64,000 bases of DNA, taken from the NCBI RefSeq assembly GCF_006345805.1, contig NC_043004.1, positions 11,594,001-11,658,000 of the forward strand, in the 5' to 3' direction. The DNA is from Octopus sinensis. Lineage: Eukaryota. Each line of letters begins with the position of its first letter. Position 1 is the first letter of the stretch. Both the position numbers and the translations under genes were made by a program. Positions 25,735 to 39,174 of this stretch are shown here, in pieces. Below the pieces are notes generated by a model that searched no databases, was not told the origin of the DNA, and saw only the letters and a program-made list of their open reading frames with translations.

Positions 25735-26090
25735 CATCAAAAATACGTTGAACACAATGAGAAACGAAAACATAAAAACAAAAAGATAGAAACGAGAAAC
25801 GAGACATGCAACATAAAGAATATTCCCTTTCATCAGTTGTCCTTGTTTCATCTACTCCGCGTATATATATATATATATATATATATAGTTAATCCAAACA
25901 TGAACAAAGAGAAACCACAACAACGCGAGGACCTGGAGCAAGTATAGTGTTATTGGATGCTCGGGAAAGGAAAGAAAGAAGGAGGATTTAACGTTTCGGG
26001 CGGAAGTCATCGTCAGAAACATAGGAAAAGGAAAAGTCCAAGGAAGGGAAGAGAGAGAAAGAAAATCGCCAACGATACACGCGCAGCCAC
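25735..26090 (-). mobile_element. Penelope-like terminal repeat region
   Basis: Minus strand GTTT-CTGACGA-TGACTTCCGCCC-GAAACGTT-AAAT at ~26020-25988 (decayed stem II); purine-rich flanks like those of the other PLE relics. Confidence 0.55.
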
Positions 26091-26469
26091 ATCATTAGCG
26101 TTAAGAAGAATAAAATTCTTCAAAACCACGTTTCTCTCATTATATGTAAACACGCACGGAGAATGTATCAAATATATTTAGACAAACGGTTCATCCAGTT
26201 TGTGAATCTACAAACAGCAGTGTAGAAATCCCAGTATCAATTGATTTCGCTTTCTATGTCAAATTGACACTTAAAGCTCGTCAGCAAGGCTTACTACGTA
26301 AACTATTTTTTAAATATATATTTTCCCTTCCGTGTGCGTTAGTTCAGCCGAAAGCCCCACGACTTCCAAACGAACATTAGTGAGCAAGTATGAATTCAAA
26401 TTTCAAGTTATCTTTAAAAAATAATGGTAACGTGACCAGCAAATATCCATATATATATATATATATATA

Positions 26470-26650
26470 TATTCACCCAAAGAGCCTAAGGGACCTACAC
26501 ACAGTGGATATATGTATTTCCAAATCAAAACTGGACCTCTTCCTGTCGAGAGTCCTAGATGAACCTACCTCGCGGGCAAGATGCGAAAGAGGGTAGCGAC
26601 ATCAAACACCCTTATTCACCAAATGCCACATATCAGAGAGAAGGCTCTCA
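26470..26650 (+). mobile_element. 3' end of a CR1/Jockey-group LINE
   Basis: PKSLRDLHTVDICISKSKLDLFLSRVLDEPTSR resembles the C-terminal LP..LRD...FK..LD.FL..VPDEP motif of such LINEs; flanked by (TA)n. Confidence 0.55.
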
Positions 26651-27399
26651 ATATATATATATATATATATAGTATAGATATTATATTATATATATATATA
26701 TATTATATATATATATATTGTAGTTTCAGTCCGGAGCTGCGGCCATGCGGGGGCACCGCCGTTTTACTACACTGTTAATATTGAGAGCCTCCTCTGATAA
26801 TGAAAATAACGATACTTTAAACAAACAAGAAGTCGTCACTCAAGGATAACATATTAGTGGAATTAAGGATTATTCCATAACAGAGCCTTAATTTCTTCAA
26901 TGACTTCTGCGCTGATAATGGATTAATTCTCTGTCTGCTCTGTGGGATTATTGCTTGCTTGCCAGATAGTGACGCGTTTCATGTTGATATGCCTGATTCT
27001 TCATGGATCCTTATAATATGTGTGTGGTGTGTGTGTGTGTGTGGTGTGTGTGTGTTAAAAGTGTTCATCGTGTAATTTTATAATTTTGTATCGTGTAATA
27101 TCCGAAATTAATAATGCGCCAACACATTTAATCGTCAAACGAATTAAGCAGCTTTATCTAAAAGTACATAACAGAAAAATTAAAATATAAGATCATCTGA
27201 TGAATTCTTACAAGTTTTTAGGAGAATTCAGTTCCATGGCACCATGCTTCTAGATGTAGAAAGTTCGTTCACCGTCTCCGAGGCAGAAATGATAGAAATC
27301 ATAGTGAATCTGTATAAACGCACAAAGATGAAGCTACTCCTTTTAAACAGCAAACTTTTTTAAAAAAGCTACACATGACGTCTACAGCTGAAGCAAATT

Positions 27400-27880
27400 T
27401 GTTGCCCACAAAATAATTTTGACAAACAAGTATACAGTGAAGCCAATGGTTCCACTCCTGGGCCTACTTGTGCAGCATTCGGCGTATGCACGATGGAGAA
27501 GTGAATTAAACCAAAACATAAAGATTAGATACTTCGAAGAAACATTTATAATAGTGGATATTATAAGAGTGCCAAGGGGAAATGTGTAAATCGGCTCCGT
27601 GTGCCCCACGTGTTTTTTTTCAAATTCGTATAGCATTTCAGTTGTATATAATATCTATATACAGTTCATTTTTCGATGAGAAAACATGTATACATATATT
27701 TTATACATAGCACTCAATGTGGTAGAGGACGTTGAGAAACCAAAAGAATACTTAGAAAAGAACTTCATACTAAAACTTAACGTGCAGGATAATAGCAATG
27801 AGGCTTCTTTTCTAGAGATATACAGAGCTTGAAAAAAAATGATCAGATGCATTTGGTCGGTATTCAACAAAGAATCAAAC
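27400..27880 (+). pseudogene. Decayed Penelope-type reverse transcriptase fragment
   Basis: Manual translation gives ordered motif remnants NFDKQVY, PM/GSTPGPT (cf. G.PMGSPLGP), IRYFEETFII (cf. RYVDDTFI) and LNVQDNSNEASFLEI (cf. E....FLD). Confidence 0.45.
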
Positions 27881-27922
27881 CAAGGCATATACCTGCAAGA
27901 AGAGAGTGAATGCCCACACATC

Positions 27923-28765
27923 TACAAGGTGGGTGGAAAGTAACTAGGCATTAGAAATTGCTTGTAGAACTTTTAGTATCACTGAAATCATGACGAAAAC
28001 ATGTTTTAAACAGGCAACGCTAATGGGGATTTCTTATTTTCTTATTGTCTTATTTCTTATTTTCCCGATGGTCGGTCGCTTGATTGTTCAGGAACGAGAT
28101 GAGATAACGGTACGTTATGAAGTGTGGAATTCCATTGTTTTGGTTCAGAGATGGTGGCGTGCATGGAATAGTAATCATGCAACACTACGTCCGGAGACAA
28201 TAAATAGCTCTCATGCAAAGCTGATGACCACGGGCTCTGTGAACGATGCAAGAAGGAAATGGCCGTCCAACCACATCCCGATCAGCGGAGATCGTGGCAA
28301 CAGTGCAGGAAATGTTTAATCGCAGCCTCCAAAGATCAACATGTCAAGTAACTCGTGAAAGTGGACTAACAAGACACACAATACGTACGGTGTTGCATAA
28401 AGAATTGAATTTTCGTCCGTGGAAAACCCATTACGTGCAGGAGCTAAAGCCTGAAGGTTGTGACCACAGAAGTCCAGAACGTCAAGAAGCTCAGATCTCA
28501 CGCCATGTGACTTTTACTTGTAGGTTTTGCACAAAAGAGGAAATGTACAAGAGAAAACCTCGCAGACAGGAGGATTTGGAGACACGGATTCAGGAGGTTT
28601 TTAAATGATATACCAAACGACGTCCTTCAGAAAACTGGTTGACGCCACCGGACCTTACGATGAAATATGAAGATTTACTTTCATTTTCCCATGTAAAAAA
28701 GAAAATATATAATTTGTTTCAATGAATTTGTAAAAAGAATATGGATTTTATGACCAATCTTTAAA
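27923..28765 (+). mobile_element. Internally deleted Tc1/mariner relic (HTH retained, DDD core lost)
   Basis: N-terminal HTH region (TTGSVNDARR/GRPTTSRS...VQEL) joined at ~28460-28490 to the C-terminal RSSDLTPCDFYL...KRKPRRQEDLETRIQEVF. Confidence 0.75.
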
Positions 28766-29408
28766 GCCTTCTTTCTTTTAACCTACTCTGTGCAAGATGT
28801 ACGTTGTAAAATAACTCGTCAGAAGCACATTTGTATCGCTGTCCACAAATAATGCACCAGTCAAAAGTTTCCAGACAAAAAAAATATTAAGCAACAAAAA
28901 GTAATAATGGATATTTCAACAGACTTGTAGACGGAGCTTTATAAGAATACAATGTAATGCAGCAAATACATCAAAGACTACACTTAATAAAAGTACACAA
29001 ATCACACACGAAATTTAGTATACAAATCAAATACTTATAAAACAACGAACAGACGAATATATAATCAAAATTCTCATAAAGTGGAACACAAAATACATCA
29101 CACCTGACCATAATTATATTGTACAAAAAGCAAAATTCTTCTAATCAATAGCACACCACAGGTATGTAAGCCCGACAAAAAGTTACTTACAGATTCGATA
29201 GTAATACTGTAAGTTGTAAACGTCATAACTCCAGAGTTTACATTGGACTTGTACAATCCACTCACGTTAGTTCACCATGCTTATACAAAAAGAGCAATAA
29301 AAATACTATACCAAACACAACGAAACATACTATAATATAATATCTGCATAGTGTATTCATGTAACTTCTACACTTATTATTTAATCAACATTATTGTTAT
29401 TCGTTGTG

Positions 29409-29680
29409 GAGGCACATGGCCTAGTGGTTAGAGCAGCGAACTCGAAGGATCGCGGGTTCGAATCTCAGACCGGGCGATGTGTGTGCGTTTATGAGCGAAA
29501 CACCTAAGCTCCACGCGGCTCCGACAGAAGGTAATGGCGAACTTCTGCTGACTCTTCCGCCACAACTTTCTCTCACCCTTTCCTCTTGCAGCTCACCTGC
29601 GACAGACCGGCGTCCCGTCCGCCAAGGAAACCGGGAAACCGGCCCTAATGAGCCAGGCGTGGCTCGAGAAGGAACAAAGA
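29409..29680 (+). mobile_element. tRNA-derived SINE, family D
   Basis: GGCACATGGCCTAGTGGTTAGAG (A-box), GGGTTCGAATC (B-box), non-tRNA body ending GGCTCGAGAAGGAACAAAG. Confidence 0.75.
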
Positions 29681-30583
29681 AACAAAACATTGTTCTTAAT
29701 AATAAGTTCATTGACTGTAATCCTATTCTTCTACCCCCCTCTTTCATTCTGACTGTATTTGTGTGTGTGTACTTATGTGAACGTTTGTGGTTGTGCTTAG
29801 GTCCACTGAAGTTTGTATGGGGCGGTATGGCCTTAATCGTCTTCCCCCTCCACCCCATCACGCCCCTCTTTTGCCGGCTGTTCTCTACTATAATAATTTA
29901 ACAGTACTTATTTGCATACAGGAATATATAGCAGTCTGTACTTTGTTGAACTTTAGCTAAAATGCTGGCGAATTGGTCGGCTGGATTACGTTGCATAACA
30001 GCCCACCGACATCGGCTTACTGAAACATATGTATGTTATATAAAAGCTATAATACCAGTTATATTTTCTGTGTTCCCTTTTCTTATACCTTTTAAAAAAA
30101 ATTACCTTCAGTCACATTTACATTGTATTCATTTTAACAAAACTTCCTCTGGTGAAGGAAACATCTGTTTCAAATAATTTTGTTTCAGGATTGGATTTGG
30201 CAAAATTTTTATTTATTTTTTCAGTATGAAAGAAGGGACATTGCTTATGGCTACCGTAGTGCCTCCGAAACTGATGACTTTGATGCCGTTAATGTTCTAT
30301 TTGAGAACCAGCAAGAAAGACATAAGCAAGGGAGTTAGAGTCAATGGTAGCGATGTGAAGTAAACGATGAATGGGTCGGGGAGTTTGATTAGTATAAATA
30401 AGTGTCTAGAAAGCTTCAATTAACTTAGGTCTTTATGGTAAAGATAGAAAAACGTAGAGAGAGAAGAGATAGCAAGCCTGGAGCCAGGGTTGGAGTGTGC
30501 CCGTCAGTGATTAAATACTAATTCACTGAGTGGTACTTCGGTGGATGCGGTCCAGAATGTCTGTGTGCGTAGCGGTATGATTA

Positions 30584-30810
30584 AGGCGGCGAGCTGGCAG
30601 AAATGTTAGCACGCCGGGCGAAATGCTTTGCGGTATTTCGTCTACCGTTACGTTCTGAGTTCAAATTCCGCCGAGATCGACTTTGCCTTTCATCCTTTCG
30701 AGGTCGATAAATTAAGTACCACTTACGCACTGGGGTCGATATAATCGACTTAATCCCCTTGTTTGTTCCCTCTGTGTTTAGCCCCTTGTGGGTAGTAAAG
30801 AAATAGGTAT
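30584..30810 (+). mobile_element. SINE family A, full length, with 10-bp target-site duplication
   Basis: GGTATGATTA at 30574-30583 and again at 30806-30815. Confidence 0.92.
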
Positions 30811-32120
30811 GATTATGACAGAGGAGGGTGCAATACTCTGTTGAGCCTTGTAAAGCGTCAGTAACTGTTGGAGCTGAAATAATTCCTATCCTGAAGAATA
30901 GGGCCTGTTTTGCTGATGCGGTCTTAGCTATGCAGAGGATGAACTTTCGAGAAGAGAAAGTATTACTAATTCTGAAAGCTGACATTTAAATGATTCATGT
31001 TGATGGAGTTCTTTCTTCTATTGGCCTTGTGCATTTCAAACGCCGGGAGGTATGTCCGCATTTGACGTTTGTATGGGGGATGGGAGAATATGGTGTAACG
31101 GGGTGGAGTATCAGGGATTTTTCCAAGGATGTCTTAATCTCGTTTAAAATATGGTTAATTGTATTATAAGAGTATCTTTTTGAAATTAAAACGGTAAGTC
31201 AGATTAATGTTAAATAATAAACAGTTTTATTTGTAACAGTGGCATATGGGAAAATCATTATCTGCTAATTTTAGTGACATTTTAACAATATTAGAATAAT
31301 ACTTTAAGGCAAAATTTGTGATACAAACAAAAAAAAACTAAAAGACTCATCCTTAAGAACGTTAATGAAACAGTTATCCTTCTTTATTTATTTATTTTTT
31401 TTTTTTTTGTATTTTTATTTTCTACCGGAACTTCTGCACAAACAATTTATATGATGTGTATACTTTAATAAACTATTTGGATTTCGTTGTATCACGCTTG
31501 TTGGCTCAATTACACATAAAACCTGAGACTGCAAAGTATTATCATAAAACTGAACGGATGCTTTTTTTTTTATATATACCTCTACTTGAATTTATATAAC
31601 AATATATATGCATACATGGACTTATTCATTTCTACATACATAAATATGTGAATATATGCATGAATGCTCTGTGTATATATATTATATATGCATGGATACA
31701 GTGTGTATATATTATATATACATAGTGTGTGCGTTTGTATATTATATAATTGCGTTTCGATGTATTGTTGTGTGCTTACATAAGTGTTGCGTTTAAAACA
31801 TCCTTGTGACATAATATTTGCTTGCGGGCTCTAATTTCTGTTATAAATCGAGAGATGTTTACATTGTTATTATACATCGTATGACCATGGCCTGTCGAAG
31901 AGTCAGGCTTTTTTAAAAAAAAGTTCCTGTTTATCTATAATTATATGACATATGCCTCTGTGTAATAATATGATGGTCTTTTGCCGTCGTGTGATACATG
32001 GATTAGAGTATGTGCAGAGAAGGATAACCAAAAATATGTAAATAAAAAAAATAGTGTAAGGTTACAGGTGTACATATTTTTTTTCTTTCAATCGGTTCCT
32101 TCAAAACCATTAAGTTTTGC

Positions 32121-32169
<49 letters not shown>

Positions 32170-32227
32170 TATGGTGTATTTAAATAATTTTATACATATT
32201 TCAACATGCGTATATATATATTTCTAT

Positions 32228-32384
32228 AGGAGTGGCTGTGTGGTAAGTGGCTTGTTTATGAACCACATAGTTCCGGGTTCAGTCCCACTGCGTGTCACCT
32301 TGGACAAGTGTCTTCTGCTATAGCCTCGGGCCGACCAAAGCCTTGTGAATGGATGTGGTAGACGGAAACTGAAAGAAGCCCGTC

Positions 32385-32419
<35 letters not shown>

Positions 32420-32705
32420 GTGGTGGTGGGGTTGTTTGCGTGTGTGTGTGGGTGGTGTTTGTGTGTGTATGTGTGTGTGTGTGTGTGTTTGTATGTCTGT
32501 GTTTGTCCCTCCAACCTCGCTTGACGACCGATGCTGATGTGTTTACGTCCCCGTAACTTAGCGGTTCGGCAAAAGGGCCGATAGAATAAGTACTAGGCTT
32601 ACAAAGAATAAGTCCTGGGGTCGATTTGCTCGGCTAAAGGCGGTGCTCCAGCATGCCCACAGTCAAACGACTGAAACAAGTAAAAGAGTGGAAGAGAGTA
32701 AAGAG
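32228..32705 (+). mobile_element. SINE family B, full length
   Basis: Complete head, CORE-like motif, internal TA/TG tract and tail GGGGTCGATTTGCTCGGCTAAAGGCGGTGCTCCAGCATG ... GAAACAAGTAAAAGAG. Confidence 0.92.
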
Positions 32706-32884
32706 AGTATGTATATAAACATATACAGTAACCCCGCGCCACATCGCGATTCACCTATCGTGGTTTATTATTTAACACCCGCGATAGTCGAGGGATTATT
32801 GAATAGATGTACACATGTGTGTGTATATGTGTGTGTGTATGTATGTATGAGCATACATAATTATGCTTGTATGTGCCTTTCGCC

Positions 32885-33112
32885 GATATATATTCTCTTT
32901 TACTCTTTTACTTGTTTCAGTCATTCGACTGTGGCCATGCTGGAGCACATCTTTTAGTCGAGCAAATCGACACCAGGACTTATTCTATCGGTCTCTTGTG
33001 CCGAACAACTAATTTACGGGGACGTAAACACACCAGCATTGGTTGTCAAGTGATGTTGGGGGGGGGGAACAAAGATAGACAAACGTATACACACAGACAC
33101 ACACACACACTC

Positions 33113-33176
<64 letters not shown>

Positions 33177-33255
33177 GTTTGTCTATATATATAGGCTATA
33201 GTAGAAGACACTTTCCCAAGGTGCCACGCAAACTACTTACCACACAGTCACTCCT
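32885..33255 (-). mobile_element. SINE family B with internal deletions
   Basis: Reverse complement of the tail (32885-33060) and head remnant (33195-33255). Confidence 0.85.
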
Positions 33256-33668
33256 ACGCCTAAATGTGATTTTTTTATAAACAGATATTTAATGTAATTA
33301 CATAACGCTGTTAACTAGCAGAATCGTTTGCACATCAGGCAAAAATGCTTAGCGGCCTTTCGACCATCTCTTTACGTTCTATGCTCAATTCCCGCAGAGA
33401 ACAACTTTACCTTTCGTCCATGGAGATCGATAAAATAAAGCATTGATGTAACCGTAATAGACTTACTCTTTTATTCTTTTACACTTTTACTTGTTTCAGT
33501 GGGAATGAACCAGGAACCATGTGGTTCGTAAGCAAGCTACTTACCACACAGCCACTCCTACGCAAATGGCCAAAGAATATTCAGAAATATGATCAATCGG
33601 TACATTTACGTGAAAATCCGCGAAGTAGAAACAGTACTATGCTGTATATTTATTATTATTATTTTTGA

Positions 33669-33903
33669 AGGCGGCGAGCTGGCAGAAACGTTAGCACGCC
33701 GGGCGAAATGCGTAGCCGTATTTCGTCTGCCGTTACGTTCTGAGTTCAAATTCCGCCGAGGTTGACTTTGCCTTTCTACCTTTCGGGGTCGATTAAATAA
33801 GTACCAGTTACGCACAGGGGTCGATATAATCGACTTAATCCGTGTGTCTGTCCTTGTTTGTCTTCTCTGTGTTTAGCCCCTTGTGGGTAGTAAAGAAATA
33901 GGT
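33669..33903 (+). mobile_element. SINE family A, full length
   Basis: Near-identical to 555-792; ends AAGAAATAGGTA. Confidence 0.92.
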
Positions 33904-34184
33904 ACATTCCTGTACAAGTAACTGACTGAAATCATTGTTTTGTACTCTTGAGTATTATCCGTAAGAAGGTATTTGTTATATTCCTCTTTGCAGTTCACTG
34001 TCGGGGCCTTCTTTCATAATGATTTAGCGTTTTGCTTTACATATATCGCTACTTTCAATAACCACCTCTCATACTTCATTTCAATAGCCTGCAATTGAAC
34101 ATGTGCAACTACATACCGAAATGGATTTAGCTCCTAGAAACATAATGATGACCCGAATTAAAATATATACATACATATATGTAG

Positions 34185-34470
34185 GCGTAGAAGTGGCTGT
34201 GTGGTACGTAGCTTGCTTACCAATTACATAGTTCCGGGTTCAGTCCCTCTGCGTGGCATTTTGGGGAAGTGTCTTCTACTATAGCCTCGGGCCGACCAAG
34301 GCTTTGTGAGTGGATTTGGCAGACGGAAACTGAAAGAAGCCCGTCCTATATATGTATATATATATACGTGTGTGTGTATATATGTTTGTGTGTCTGTGTT
34401 TGTCCTCTCACCATCGCTTGACAACCGATGGTGGTGTGTTTACGTCCCCATAACTTAGCGAGTAAAAGAG
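34185..34470 (+). mobile_element. SINE family B with truncated tail
   Basis: Head through TTTACGTCCCCATAACTTAGCG, then jumps to AGTAAAAGAG. Confidence 0.88.
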
Positions 34471-34669
34471 TATATACAGAAAAAATTTTAGTATGTAAGA
34501 CTTGTTTCATTTTCACTTCATTACGGTGGTGTAGGGTTCCTGACTAACACTGAGCCTATTGGATCCTCGGACACCAGCATGAATATTTCTAAGTCCTGGG
34601 CCTCATATTCTAGTTCATATATAGCTGAGAGCATAAGCAGTGTTATGTACTACGTACGGACGTTCATGT

Positions 34670-34718
<49 letters not shown>

Positions 34719-34727
34719 TATAATATA

Positions 34728-34763
<36 letters not shown>

Positions 34764-34769
34764 TGTGTG

Positions 34770-34819
<50 letters not shown>

Positions 34820-35187
34820 GAAATATTGCATTTCTTAATCTCTCAGAGAGAGTCATGCAGTAGTAGCATGATAAAGTGATGGTTTGTTGCCAACTTAATG
34901 CAGCAGTCCCAGGAAAGGGTAAAATGCTACTATTATTTAGCCCCAGGACACACCGTTTCTAGTTGGTTACGTTGACACAAGCATTCTGTGTCCAAAAGTT
35001 TTCAAACAGTGACAATGAGGAACCCTACACTCATGTAAGGAAATGAAAATGAAATGAGTCATACATACTGAATTATTTCCGTATATGTATATAATTTTTT
35101 AATCCGGGTCATCATTATCTTCCTGGTTTGAAAGCTTAAGGACACGGAACGCCTGTGTCACGTAGCCAACTAGAAACAGTAATTCAA

Positions 35188-35300
35188 GGCGGTGGCAGAA
35201 ACGTTTGCACGCCGAGCGAAATGCTTAGCGATGTTTCGTCTGCCGCTACGTTCTGAGTTCAAATTCCGCCGAGGTCAGCTTTGCTTTTCATCCTTGTTAG
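35188..35300 (+). mobile_element. SINE family A, 3'-truncated
   Basis: AAGGCGGTGGCAGAAACGTTTGCACGCCGAGCGAAATGCTTAGCG ... GCCGAGGTCAGCTTTGC. Confidence 0.8.
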
Positions 35301-35423
35301 CACCGCCAAAATTCAAAATATGAATGAGGTTCGCTTAGCTTCCCCCGCCCTTCCGCGTGTGTCTTCAAGTAAAGTACTACAGAAAAAAATCTGCAGTTTG
35401 TTCTCAGGGAGAAAATTCTATTA

Positions 35424-35804
35424 TCTCTCTATATAAACGGCAGTTTGTCTGTCTGCGTGTCTGTGTGTCTGTTAGGTTGTACCCTCACCCTGACCACGGC
35501 TTTCAACCGATTCTGATGAAACTTGACACACACATAGCCCAATGTTATAATTCAAAACTAACACAGCGAATATTTTGAAAAGTTCCCCCAGTTCTGAAAA
35601 AATCGATAAATTCGACATGGGGTCGAGAATCAGAAACACAAACCACAGACTGTCTAGGGGACGCAACTCGACCTTTTTAACTTTCAAAAAAAATTTACCA
35701 TAATTTTTTTTCCATTTTTTTGCTATTTTTTGGCTATAACTCTCTAAAAATGCTTTATAGTTATTTTCCTTACAAACCCGAGCAACGCCGGGCGATACTG
35801 CTAG
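35424..35804 (+). mobile_element. Non-autonomous Helitron, complete copy
   Basis: 5' TC after A, followed by a GTCT-type microsatellite; 3' subterminal hairpin CCCG-AGCAACGC-CGGG, then CTAG followed by T; homologous to 44725-45031. Confidence 0.8.
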
Positions 35805-36157
35805 TCAATAATAAAGTAAAGTTAGTAAAGTATAATTTTATATTCTTTATGAAAAACCTAATTCAGAAACGCGCGTCCATGGACGACCAGATATTGATTG
35901 ATTTTCGTTGCTTTACTCTCTGCCTGTGTGAATAACCTTCAAGTGTTTTGGTTTCTCTGGAAGACCCTTTTTAAAGTAGAAGAAATAGCTACGATTTTTG
36001 GCTGCTATTTCTAAACTTCGGTGTGTGATGAAGCAAATCTTTGCTGAACCCTTTTATTACTATTACTTAGTTTACCGTGAACTGGTCCTTTTTTCATACC
36101 GAATTCTACTTGGTGAAATTATTGATTACTTCTTAATTAATTAATTTTACCCTTTGT

Positions 36158-36204
<47 letters not shown>

Positions 36205-36205
<1 letters not shown>

Positions 36206-36409
36206 TCTTTTGTTCTTTTACTTGTTTCAGTCATCTGACTGCGGCCATGTTGGAGCACTGCCTTTATTCGCACATACCAACCCCAAGACTTAATCTTTGT
36301 AAGCCGAGTACTTATTCTAACGGTTTTTTGCCGAACTACGGGGACGTAAACACACCAATATCGGTTGTCAAGCGATGGTGGGGGAACAAACACAGACACA
36401 CAAAAATAT

Positions 36410-36466
<57 letters not shown>

Positions 36467-36622
36467 ACACGCACACGCACATCGGGTTTCTTTCAGTTTC
36501 TCTCTACCAAACCCGCTCAAAAGGCTTTGTCGGGCCCGAGTCTATAGTAAGAAGACACTTGCCCAAGATGTCACGCAGTGGGACTGAACCCGGAGCTTCT
36601 TACCATGCAGCCACTCCTGCGC
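36205..36622 (-). mobile_element. SINE family B
   Basis: Reverse complement of the complete B architecture with an internal (TA)n tract. Confidence 0.88.
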
Positions 36623-36646
36623 CTTATATTTATGTATATATATATA

Positions 36647-36685
<39 letters not shown>

Positions 36686-36692
36686 CAGAGAA

Positions 36693-36726
<34 letters not shown>

Positions 36727-37185
36727 AGGGGAGCGGATGGGCACTAGATGAGGGCTAGAGAGAAACACAGAGACACAGGATGCCAGCTTTCGTACATCTA
36801 ACCATGCTGCCTTTGTTTATTTTGTAGAAGTGTAGCACAGAAAACGTACGATTGCAGCAATGCGTTCACAGTGCACACATTATACGTATGATATTGTCAT
36901 TATTGATAAATTCTTGTGATGAAGCATGAAATGATGGTTAGATATATGAAACCCCTAATGTCAATCAGACAAAAGCTCACACACGAAGACGCATACGTCC
37001 ATATGTACATACGTACATGTATAATACGTACATACATAAATACATATATTCAAACTTGCATGCATACATATATATATATAAATATACTTACACACATGCA
37101 TATATGTATATATGTATATACATGTCAATATATAGATGCACTCACACATGCACATATGCACACATAACTATATTTACATGCATAT

Positions 37186-37255
<70 letters not shown>

Positions 37256-37261
37256 GTATAT

Positions 37262-37324
<63 letters not shown>

Positions 37325-37589
37325 TAGATAGATATAGATATAAATATATATTGATGCATAAATATGTATGTATATATACACACACATATACATATGTATA
37401 CACACACATAGGTACATATATAGATAAACAAAAAGATATAGTTACATAAGTGAGAATTTATACCTACACAAAACATATATTAACACACAGACACACGCAC
37501 ACCGGTACTCACAAACACATACACACGCTCAAAAACGCAAAACATACATTTATACACACACATACACAGACTCAGAGACACAAACACGC

Positions 37590-37915
37590 ACACACGTATA
37601 CATTCATACACACACACTTATACATTCATATACACACAAACACACACACACGTATACTTCCATACACACACGTATACATTCATACACACAAAACACACAC
37701 GTAAACATTCCTACACACACAAAAACACACACGTATACATTCATACACACACAAACATACACACACGTATACTTCCATACACACAGGTATACATTCATAC
37801 ACACGCAAACACACACACACACACACGTATACTTCCATACACACACGTATACATTCATACACACACAAAAACATACACGCATACATTCATACGCACACAA
37901 ACATACGCAACCACA
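37590..37915. repeat. Minisatellite built on (CA)n: ACACACACGTATAC(ATTC/TTCC)AT units
   Basis: About ten imperfect copies in alternating ATTCAT/TTCCAT variants. Confidence 0.85.
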
Positions 37916-38514
37916 CACACGCGCGCACTCTTGTTTATTGTACGTACATACACATATACATGTATTATGTGATTGCGTTTTGGTCGACCTACTACATACA
38001 TATGTGTTTCATTTAATACATCCTTGTGTTCAAGTATGCTTCAGGATTCCAATTTCCTTTATAAATACACCGATGTTTACACTGCTATTATACTTCACAT
38101 GACCTTGTCACGTCGACGTGTCAGCCTTGCAAAAATAGCTTCTGCTCTAATATTATATATAATTATATACTTGTGTGCGTGTGGGAAAAAGTGCGTAAGT
38201 GCTTTTGTCCCAATGATTCGTGTGTATGTTCGTGGGTTCACAAAGCATGATGATAATAAATTGATACACAAAATGAATAGGCGGATATGTACCTATATTC
38301 GCAATTGCATATATATATATAATAATAATATTATTATCGTGTGTGTGGTTGTGTCGTTAAGAAGTCCGTATTACAACTCTGAGATTTGGGGTTCATTCCT
38401 ACTACGCAGAGCAGCCAATTGAACAAGAGACTTTTACTGAAGCAGCCCTAGGCCGACCAATGCCCTATGAGTGAATTTCGTAGAAAAGGGCATGAAATCC
38501 CATGTATAAGCATA

Positions 38515-38547
<33 letters not shown>

Positions 38548-38549
38548 GT

Positions 38550-38590
<41 letters not shown>

Positions 38591-38825
38591 ACATACATAC
38601 ATACATTTATACATAAAGAAAAATCGAACGGCTAATTCGTACATTACCAGTGCATCTGTGTGTGGAACAGTAAAAATATGCAAGACTTTTCTCAAGTTCC
38701 AAATGTGAATTTGCCTGGGTTAACTACATCCCAAAGATGGAACCTTGTATCTTTGTTGGAATCAGGGTCCCTCTTCAGTGGAATATTTATAATAGTTAAA
38801 AAAAAATAGCAGAAACATACATACA

Positions 38826-39095
38826 TGGGGGTCTCGTCCGTCGAAAACAACGAACAAGCGTTCAGCTTTTACCGAACGTCCTGCTCAAACGATTTGTTTA
38901 TAATGATCAAATGTAAATGCCACACATTCGCTCACTCCTTCCATCAAATCGCCGTCGTCTGAACAGGTGCACTGAGTGCCACGCGTCAGGTGGCAAAATG
39001 AGATGAAGTGTTGTGCTCAAGACCACAACGCACCACCCGTAATTGAAACTACGATCTCGCGAACGTGAGTCCAACACCCTAACCACTAGGCCATG
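38826..39095 (-). mobile_element. tRNA-derived SINE (C-like head, different body)
   Basis: Minus strand GCATGGCCTAGTGGTTAGGGTG (A-box), degenerate B-box, CTTGAGCACAACACTTCATCTC. Confidence 0.65.
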
Positions 39096-39109
39096 CGTAT
39101 GTATGTATG

Positions 39110-39140
<31 letters not shown>

Positions 39141-39174
39141 TTATGTACATATATATATATACATATACATACAG

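Noticed and set aside
25800-25850. CTGATGA on the minus strand as another hammerhead
   Set aside because: No GAAA follows a closable stem II.
26900-27060. Signal-peptide-like short ORF (MTSALIMGLILCLLCGIIAC...)
   Set aside because: It runs into a (TG)n tract and stops before 60 codons, and no convincing donor site follows the hydrophobic stretch.
30225-30338. Possible exon YERRDIAYGYRSASETDDFDAV... after a pyrimidine tract and CAG
   Set aside because: It ends in a stop with no good donor and no recognised homology; the surrounding DNA looks like a decayed repeat.
35860-36060. Possible Tc1 N-terminal HTH remnant on the minus strand (...SGRPW...)
   Set aside because: Only a few residues match; no TIR or catalytic motif is visible.
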